A DNA stretch of 64,000 bases from the NCBI GenBank assembly GCA_012295275.1, contig CM022678.1, positions 6,510,001 to 6,574,000 on the forward strand. Reading direction: 5' to 3'. Made by a program: the position numbers and the translations under genes. The number at the start of each line of letters is the position of its first letter. The stretch's first letter is position 1. This document shows, piece by piece, positions 54,934 through 64,000 of this stretch. A model generated the notes under the pieces. The model searched no databases. It was not told where the DNA came from and saw only the letters and a list, made by a program, of their open reading frames with translations. The DNA is from Chrysomallon squamiferum (taxonomy: Eukaryota > Animalia > Mollusca).

Positions 54934-56259
54934 GAGCTTTGATAATTTACAAAGCACTTCCTGTCATCTTCAATCTGATTGGATAATCATTTCATTGTCA
55001 TTTGTATTTTTTTTTTTTTTTTTGTCATTTTGGATAATAAATTCATAATATCTTCACCTTTCATTGGATCATTTATCTAAGCTTCATCTTGATTGGATAT
55101 CCAGAAATGTGACGTGGATCCTGATTGGGTCATTGACAACAGGTTATGAAAAGAGGTGGAAAGTGAAATTTTTTTTTTTTTTTTTAACAGAACTTTCTAA
55201 TGAAGTTTAAAACTGTATCCATGACAAAGATACTTGAGCATTTTTCTGATGGAAACATGTGAAAAATTATTTTCACTTTGTTATAAAACATTATTATAAG
55301 TAATACATCATCAACAGAAATTTGATATAAATTATACTGTTCAGGAGGCATATTTTGTAGGAATATGTATAATTTCATTGTGTCACATAATTGTCTTATT
55401 TCTTGAAAAAAAAAAAAATAAATAAACAAAAATGACACATTTTATAATCATTTATACTGGAATAATTAGGTTTAAAGAATTACTGGATTGATATGGGAGG
55501 ACATTTTTAATTTTCAAAATGTGTTGCTTCACATCTGAGTTAAAATTTCTTGTGACAAAAAAAACAAAAAAGAAAACAAATGTCATTTTCTTGTTCTTGC
55601 CCTAGATAAAATAATAATAAAGAAAGAAAAGTGAAGTACAATATCTTTATTTGAAAACTGATTAACACAACCGTTCATTTCTGAATTGGTTTGTTCCATT
55701 ACTATGATTACCCTATGAATATTTGTTCTCACAATTTATTCAAATGTAATTGTTAATGTAAAAATTAAAACTGTTTATACATCATTTTGCTTTTAGTTAT
55801 TTATTTATTATTTTATATGATTTCTGCTGAAAGATATCCAGAATTTAGTGATTTCTTTATTTAAACAAATCAGAATTAACATTATGATCATTGACAACTT
55901 CATAGTAACAATAACAGTAACAAGAACTGGTAATGCAATTGAAATAAATAGTAAACAATACAAATGTGAATATTAATCTTTTTTTTTTTAACTATTAATA
56001 GACAAGTAACAGAAAGAATTATCTAAATAAAACAATAGGTAAACAAATGTTAAAAAAAAGAAGAAAAACAACAAATTGTTTACCTTTCTTTTTCAAAGTA
56101 AGTGAAAGATAGAATAAGGTAACCTGAAAAAAAAAAAAAAAATAAAAAATTAAAATGAAACAATAAAATAAAAGATGTGTGATCTTTCCATATCTTTTAA
56201 AAATAAATAATTTACATACAGATTTCTACAAACAGCATTGCCAAAAAAAGAAAAAAAAA

Positions 56260-56307
<48 letters not shown>

Positions 56308-56811
56308 TAACAAAAAAAGATAAATAAAAGAAAAAAGAAATGCTGTGTTTAAGTTTTGGCATAACCATTTTTATCTTAGGATAAAGAAGAAAAAAAAATT
56401 CTGGCAATTTTGTGAAATTATTGAGATGAATGACAATATTATTTTGGTTAAAATACTCTTGACATTATCTGAAAAGTTTTTGAACTGGGATACAATACAA
56501 ATCGTCAACAGCCCAACGCACAAGTCTCATCATTTTTCAAGTTAAGGAATCCCGATTTTAAGATCTCCTAAACCACTTTTTGTTATTTAGTAAATATTAC
56601 TGATGCAGTCAATGAAATATTTTTCTATCTCAAAATCTCTTCATTTTTTTCCTTCTCCCCTCCCCCCAAAAAGCGTCGATGTTATATTAATTCGAAAGTA
56701 AAATACGAATTAATGTTAATGGCGAAAAAACCAACAAATAGCATAATAACCATAAATTCGTTAATTAATTACAGCGATTAGGGAGAAAGCTGACATTTAT
56801 TTACACCATAA

Positions 56812-56857
<46 letters not shown>

Positions 56858-57291
56858 TTTTTATGACATCAAACATAATCAAATATTCTGAAAACCAGAA
56901 ATGGTCTATTAGTATTAGTTTATTCTGCATGGTTCTTAAATTTTTGCTTTGTTTGTTTTGGTGTCCAGTCTCAATTAATAAAGAAGTATAACAGTCAAAG
57001 TGAAAGTTTAAACATATCTGGGCTGTGTCCTTTTTTTTAATATTGTTTTTATAACTGTCTAGTTGTTCAGTTTTATAAGAGAAAACATAACTACAATTCG
57101 CCACAGACGCGATCCGTCACGATTCCAATTATGAAAGGTTAAAATGCGGATATCAAATATCTTGCATTACACTGTCACACTTAGTTATGCGTGATGGATA
57201 GGTCGCTCAAAATAAAATAATAATTTGGAATTAACGATATTTTTGTTTTGTTTCTTTCTTTCTTTCCATTAGTTGATCGTTAGGTGCACTT

Positions 57292-57329
<38 letters not shown>

Positions 57330-57425
57330 TTAATAATTATAATAATAATGTGGCCCATGTATATAAACAAATTAATATACTTCAAGAAATGATTTTTTTG
57401 TTTCATTCTATGTATTTATATAATA

Positions 57426-57465
<40 letters not shown>

Positions 57466-57518
57466 TTTAACCTTTTTACCGTTTCTGAACTGGAGTTCTG
57501 TTTGTTTGACTGCATAAT

Positions 57519-58730
57519 TTAATATTTCGTTGAACGAAGTCTATAACTTCCTTCAACAATTAAATGGTCTGGTGGTTCACGTCCACAGCAACAAATTTCT
57601 GTGTCTGTAAATCCCAGAAATATTGCGATGATCAAACCGTAGGTGCTGTTAACGACGGCCACAATGTAGGTTGTAAGCGTGGCACCAATGCCAAGGTCCG
57701 CGTGCAAACTGACGTTTAAAAACACTTCTACTGCTAGGCAGTACGCGACAAGAAATAGTCCCCTAGCACTTCCTTCTTTCAGAAACTCTAGTTCGGAAGA
57801 ACTGCGGATGAACATAGTGTTGGTGTGAGAAGGATTCTTTTTGCAGGCGACACTTACGCAAATGACGAACAACACAAAAGCGACGAACAGACAAGCCGTT
57901 TTGGGTCCGTCTGCTATCCAGTGAGTTCCGTTTAATTTTTGTACCTTACAGAACGTGTCCTTAGTGGTGACGTACCGAGCAGTAGCCAGCCATGCCGGAG
58001 TAAACACGAGAGGGATGCCGAAACCAAGAAGATACATAAGCAGAAGACGTCCGGACCGGAAGTGGCAGCTCATCGCTGGAATTACGTAGTTGATGCCAAG
58101 TGACATGATCCACGAAACGGTGGCTATTTGAAAGAAGCGAGCGACGAAAACGACGGCTTGACAGACGTTGTCCTTTCGTAACATCGCGGCAGTTTGTTTG
58201 TCCAGCTGGTCTATAGACAGATCGGCCACTGACGCCAGGGAAAGCGCCATCGCAGACGAAAACAGCGGAATCAGCACTTGGTGACGTCGGCTCTTTTTCG
58301 ACGCGTTGCACGCGAACAGCAGCACAGCCATCACCAGAGCCGTGACGGAGAGCGAGTGGAAAACGAAGGCGACGACGTGGTCGTAGCGCATCAGCGGGAT
58401 CGTCTGCTCGCGGCTGCCGGCAAGCCGAGGTCGAACGGTCAGCGTTTCGGTCTCGCAGTTGGTGTAGTTGGTCCACTCCCGCGTCGAGGTGGGAACGCGG
58501 TACCACTTCCCGTCCGCCTGGCAAGTCTTGTACGCATATTTCCTGACGTCGAAACCGGGCAACGGCGGACACGGCTTCCGCAGGGTGTTGCCCGGCATCG
58601 TCGGAGGCCAGCACAGCATGCCGTCCCACGTGGCGTCGCAGAAGAACGCAGGGGAGACGGTGTTGCTGTATTTGTCGTAGCACTGTTGTCTCGTTTTGGG
58701 CTCTGCCGTCGTCGTCTTCGGGACTTCCAT
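57519..58730 (-). CDS. Class B1 (secretin-family) GPCR, calcitonin/CGRP/DH31-receptor-like ectodomain, divergent 7TM; single coding exon, 403 aa from first ATG
   Basis: Hormone-receptor domain QQCYDKY...FCDATWDGMLCWPPT...PCP..PGFD...KTCQADGKWYR......WTNYTNC with 6 Cys, followed by seven hydrophobic segments with residual class B motifs (GFGIP, DGP, G..GFTDTEI). No evident signal peptide; a possible acceptor at 58744-58745 allows for an upstream exon. Confidence 0.9.
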   Translation of the reverse strand: MEVPKTTTAEPKTRQQCYDKYSNTVSPAFFCDATWDGMLCWPPTMPGNTLRKPCPPLPGFDVRKYAYKTCQADGKWYRVPTSTREWTNYTNCETETLTVRPRLAGSREQTIPLMRYDHVVAFVFHSLSVTALVMAVLLFACNASKKSRRHQVLIPLFSSAMALSLASVADLSIDQLDKQTAAMLRKDNVCQAVVFVARFFQIATVSWIMSLGINYVIPAMSCHFRSGRLLLMYLLGFGIPLVFTPAWLATARYVTTKDTFCKVQKLNGTHWIADGPKTACLFVAFVLFVICVSVACKKNPSHTNTMFIRSSSELEFLKEGSARGLFLVAYCLAVEVFLNVSLHADLGIGATLTTYIVAVVNSTYGLIIAIFLGFTDTEICCCGREPPDHLIVEGSYRLRSTKY

Positions 58731-59601
58731 TGTAAAATCTCGACTGTTTGCAAGTTTCACAGTGAAATGATAAGCAGTTGGTCACGAGTGTTTTTTCGTT
58801 CACATTACGTACGAACAGACATTTAACATGTTTTTATTTGTCCACGTAGATGAATATATACACTAATCCACAAATATTTTTTGACTTGCAGTGTTCCACA
58901 AATGTGTAATGTGTTCACGGTTCCCACAAATAATTTTTTTTTTCTTCACAAACGAATGTTCACAATTCCAGAAATGTTTTTCATGACAAGTAGTATATGT
59001 ATATATATATGTACAAATCTACAAATCTGTGTCCAAATTATTTCCTTGTCTTTTTCCAAGTCTTTCTATTTCATCTTAATATTATTCCCTTTATCTTTCT
59101 TCTTTCTTCTTTTTTGTTCCTTCTTATTCCTTCTTTCTTCTTCTTCTTTTTTCTTTTTCTTTCTTCTTATTCTCTTTCTTTTTTTTTTTTTTTTTTTTTT
59201 TATTGTTCTCCTCTTTTCTTCTCCTTTTTTACTTTTTGTTCTGTCTTATTTTTTCTTCGTGCCCTCGCTCGCCAAATGATTTTCAGTGATTAACAAACCG
59301 CTCTGTTCGCGTGCTCGGTTATGTAGTGAAATCATAGCAGTGACGTGTAAGCCCCTCATTAAGAGAGTTAATGGAAATACAGGAACAAAATTGAATTAAT
59401 TTGCAATAATTAATGTTGTGACCTTTTAACTGTTCTTGCCGAACTAATTGTAACTGCGTTTTTTTAAGTGGAAAGGTTCTAACGAGAGTGTTGTAAAATT
59501 AACATGTGGTAAATACAAATTAATAAAGATAAACTATTTTTCGTGCCTATATTTGTCGTATTCTTGGAAGTTACAATTTTTGTTTCATTTTTATTTTGGA
59601 T

Positions 59602-59697
<96 letters not shown>

Positions 59698-59745
59698 TAC
59701 CATAAATTTGTAATCTGAATGAATGTTTCTATAAATATAAAATAA

Positions 59746-59800
<55 letters not shown>

Positions 59801-60395
59801 CTGTAAAGGCATTTGCTGTATATGTATTTGTATGGTATTCGGTATCATCTAAGCATTTAATTTATATGTGAGGGTACCGCATTTGGTATATATAAAAACA
59901 CACATATTAAATGTTTTTAGATACAAGATTTATATATCTTGTATAAACAAACATTTAATATGTGTGTGATTCTGATAAACATTTACCAGACGTTTAATAG
60001 CCTTGCGTGTTTGTGTGAGTATGTATGTGTGTGTGTGTGTGTTGTGTCTGTAATATGTGATTATTCATTTAATATGTCTGATTATTCATTTTTAAATTTT
60101 TAATATTATTCATTGTGTATTAGTATATGCATGCATAGTTAGTGGATATATTTGAGTGCATGCATGCGTGCATTTATAGGTATACATCTTGTACATCACG
60201 TGTGTGTATGTGTGTATTTGGTACCAACATATACTCATACATACATACATATATCATGTAAGGCATACTGACACATAGAAACATACAAACATACAACTAT
60301 ACTTATATTCATACATACATAAATACCTAACTACGTACGTACCTACGTACATACATAGATACAAATAATATACATACACAAACAATATACATTTA

Positions 60396-60644
60396 CAGGG
60401 TGTCCCATAAGTTTCCGTGCATGTGTCACCAACGTATCACCAACGTATCACCAACGTATCACCAACGCCACTACAATCACAACTCCAGCTGTGCTTGAAC
60501 GTGTTATGTAACAGTGGAGGACATGCATTGAAATGTGTTTTCAGCATAATGGCAGTCATGTAGAGCATGTTATATAAATAAAAATGTGTTTTTCATACAA
60601 AAACGGTTATTTTTCCTATGTATGGAATTTTATGGGACACCCTG
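60396..60644 (+). mobile_element. Internally deleted Tc1/mariner-superfamily element (MITE-like, 249 bp)
   Basis: TA|CAGGGTGTCCCATAA ... TTATGGGACACCCTG|TA: 15-bp perfect TIRs with TA flanks; interior encodes a transposase-like C-terminal relic TPAVLERVM*QWRTCIEMCFQHNGSHVEHVI*. Confidence 0.9.
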
Positions 60645-60700
60645 TATATCTTACATGTAGTAATACATATATATATACACGTGCATACATTTTATGCTCA

Positions 60701-60739
<39 letters not shown>

Positions 60740-61675
60740 CTGCATTGTAAAGTATATACGTTGTTATACTGTCTAGACAATTTGTCTGATTTATCAGGAT
60801 GCTTTAATTACATGAAAGCGATAAGATGTTTGTAAATGTTTCGTTGGAGTTTGCAGGAATGTGTTCCTCTCATAATTATAGCACAACCCCCCCCCAAAAA
60901 AAAACACACATAATATGTTTGACACCAATTAACTGTTAATGTTAATAACACGTAGAAAAGTCGATGTAGTCATTCATCATTTTGTTACAAATTTCTATAC
61001 GTTATATTTGTTACCATTAATAATGCGTATGACACTCTGCTGTTAATATTTAGTTCTGTATTTTCAAAAGCATTTTGTTCACGTAAGCGGTGTCAATAAC
61101 AAATATTTATCGTTTGTTCGCAAACATTAAAAACATTTTGTTATTTTCTTTCACAGTTTCTGATGGGTTATTTATTGTATTTTTAAAAATAATAATAATA
61201 ATTACTTTTTATCAGTTATCTTTCCTTTTAAAAACCTAATCTTTTGTTGACGCTTTAGCGAATGATTGGTAGATTAAATTTCGTTCAGATTATATACTAC
61301 TACCACTACTGATGATGATGATGATGATAGTGATGATAATAATTGTGATAATAATAATGATGATGATGATGATACTACTACTACTAACTAATAAAGCTAG
61401 ATGATGATGATACTACTACTACTACCAATAGTATTAACAGCATCCTCAGCAGAAGTAGAAGTAGTACTACTGATCGTATTAGTAGTAGAATTAGTAGCTG
61501 CAGTAGTAAGATTTTTCGTCATGATTATGATCATGATGCTTCGTCTTCTTCTTCTTCTTATTATTATTATTACTATAGATGTTTTAAGGTAGCGTTATGG
61601 CTATTACTTGGTTGATGACATAGCACAGAGTGGGTGGGGCGGGATAATGAGAGAGCGATACAAATTAGGGTTGAC

Positions 61676-61761
<86 letters not shown>

Positions 61762-61794
61762 GGACTGATAGAAGGATAAAATCAGAGAAAAGAC

Positions 61795-61841
<47 letters not shown>

Positions 61842-62437
61842 GTAAATGCTAAACTTAATCAACTGCATGACTGACAGTTTGCCTACATCTGGATGTTTTT
61901 CGTAGCACACGGAAAGAAAAAAAAAATTTGGAAAACGAAATAGAAAGAAAAACAAATGCATTAATAAAAATATTTTAAAAGCATCTGAAAACATCGAAAG
62001 TAATTCTCTTCAGAAAAAGAAAACGAGAAAGAAATAAAAGAAGAGATAAAGCAACAACACGAACGTCAAGAGCATTAACTTCTGACTGTGTTACTAATGG
62101 TTGGTTATTTCTTTGTAACGTGATTTATTAGTTTTTTTTTATATATGACAACAACTTTAATACTGACCACGTATTTAAAAATTAATCCTGTCGGTCATTT
62201 AAAAAAACTGTGGGTTTTTTTCTTATCTTTCATTGGATATTATTGCATTAACGAAATTCTAATTGGTTTTGTTGGCTGTTACACTGTTACGTGTAAATCG
62301 ATCACGTGCTTAATGTGACTGACATGATTGGTTGAAACAGTTTGTATAGCGTGATACTGAGGACGAGGCTAAATTGAATGCACGTGATTCTCAGGTTAAA
62401 TATAAAAAATGAAATCTGCACTATGTTAGAACAGCGG

Positions 62438-63390
62438 TGTTAGAAATTAATCAGTTTTGTGCTGATGTTAGAAAATTGTTCGTATTTACTCAAAGGTTGA
62501 CATGCTTCTTAAAAGATTCACTATTCCTTCTGTGTTTTCAGGTATGTATTGGTGACAGAAAATCGTCAGAGTTTGTTTTAATATCACACAATTGTCAGTT
62601 TTGTAGTAATCTAAGAAAATTGTCAGTTTTGTAGTAATCCTAGAAAATTGTCAGTTTTGTAGTAATCCTAGAAAATTGTCAGTTTTGTAGTAATCTTAGA
62701 AAATTGTTAGTTTTCCAGAAATGTTAGAAAATTGTCAGTTTTATGGTAATCTTAGAAAATTGTCAGTTTTGCCGTAAAGTTAGAAAATCGTTAGTTTTCC
62801 AGAAATGTTCGAAAATTGTCGGTTTTGTACTAATGTGGAAAAATGGTCACTTTTATAGTTAAATTCGAAAATTGTCACTTTCATAGTAATGTCACAAAGT
62901 TATTAGTTTTGTACTAACGTTAGAAGGTTGTCAGTCTTGAACTAATGTTAGAAAATTGTGAGTTTTATAGTAATCTTAGAAAATTGTCAGTTTCGTAGTA
63001 ATCTTAGAAAATTGTGAATTTTGTACTAATGTTAGTTAATTCTCAGTTTTGTACTAATGTTAAAAAATTGTAAGTTTTTTACGGTTACAGAATTTGCTAG
63101 AAAATTATCATTTTTATAATAATGTTAGAAATTTACTGGTTTTGTAATAATATTAAAAAATTGTTAGTTTTGTGGTAATGATAAAAAAAAAAAAAATGGT
63201 CGTTAAATTAGATAAATAGTCATTTTTGTAGTAAACTGTGAGTTTTGTACTAATGCCAGAAAATTGTTAGTTTCATAATAATGTTAGAAATTTATCAGTT
63301 CTGTACTGATGTTAAGAAATTGTGAGAATTTGTAATAATGTTAGAAATTTATCAGTTTTGTGGTAACGTTTGAAAATTGTGAGGTTTACA
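62438..63390. repeat. 28-bp satellite-like tandem array, ~30 copies
   Basis: Unit tagaaaattgtcagttttgtagtaatc(c/t); most homogeneous at ~62590-62770, more diverged outward. Confidence 0.92.
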
Positions 63391-63741
63391 GTCATTTATT
63401 ATATTACTTTACTACATTAGTCATGTGTAGACTAGTAAAACATTTTCTATAGTAATTCATTATCCTACGTTTACATCTTAGTTACCTGTAGATGCAGGAA
63501 CAACATTTTATTGTCAGTTATCATGTTAATTTACAACATAGTCATGTGTACAATAGTCAAACTCTTTGTTACGTTCATTTATTATCTTCTTTACTATTAG
63601 CAGAAATTTGTAGTCAGTAATAATTTATAAGTTTATAAAATTTACAGAACTGTTAATCAGAATAACACTACAATTAAATAATCTGAGTGATTAGTTATTT
63701 GTTGAATTTATTTCCAGTTTGTTGTAGCGAATCTTGTGAGA

Positions 63742-64000
63742 ATGGACAACGTTACAAGACTGAATCCTGCACTGACTACTCGTGACGTCACGGGCAACGT
63801 CACAACAGTACTTCATTATACTGGTGGCATCTATCAACTGAGTGCTTCTGACGTTGCCGGCATTCACATATTTCTGATGTGTATAGATGTTCCTGCCAAC
63901 GCTTTAGTGTTTGTTCTGACGAGCGAAAATAAACTTGGTGCTCTTTCCTACCCGATTTATTTGAATTTTCTGGCTCTTTCTGACAGCCTCGTTCTCATAA
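63742..64000 (+). CDS. Class A (rhodopsin-like) GPCR, N-terminus through TM2; truncated by window end
   Basis: Hand translation: MDNVTRLNPALTTRDVTGNVTTVLHYTGGIYQLSASDVAGIHIFLMCIDVPANALVFVLTSENKLGALSYPIYLNFLALSDSLVLI; two NxT sequons, TM1 with N1.50, TM2 LAxxD motif; acceptor-like tttatttccag ends at 63717. Confidence 0.82.
   Translation, partial: MDNVTRLNPALTTRDVTGNVTTVLHYTGGIYQLSASDVAGIHIFLMCIDVPANALVFVLTSENKLGALSYPIYLNFLALSDSLVLI

Noticed and set aside
57961-58826. 280-aa alternate-frame ORF and antisense ORFs over the class B GPCR
   Set aside because: Expected shadows of GC-rich coding sequence; no recognisable motifs.

Overview
AT-rich, microsatellite-dense genomic DNA from an invertebrate animal (mollusc/lophotrochozoan-like; taxon is inferred). 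Exons were reconstructed by hand with GT-AG boundaries and phase checks. Gene order: two tandem 6-exon rho-class glutathione S-transferases (-); a 6-exon SDR16C-type retinol dehydrogenase (-) head-to-head with 10-exon bystin/BYSL (+); ~24-exon PRPF6 (+); an intronless class B1 (calcitonin-receptor-like) GPCR (-); a small Tc1/mariner relic; and the first 86 codons of a class A GPCR running off the right edge, which the ORF track missed. Main points: (1) the class B1 GPCR keeps an intact hormone-binding ectodomain but nearly all transmembrane activation motifs are substituted, suggesting a decoy or atypical receptor retrogene; (2) degenerate 'echo' copies of splice sites plus exon ends recur next to exons of GST, BYSL and PRPF6; (3) the GST paralogs differ in CpG content and promoter elements; (4) two single-C homopolymer frameshifts and two scrambled PRPF6 exons most likely reflect assembly consensus errors. 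Most short ORFs in the track are microsatellite noise.
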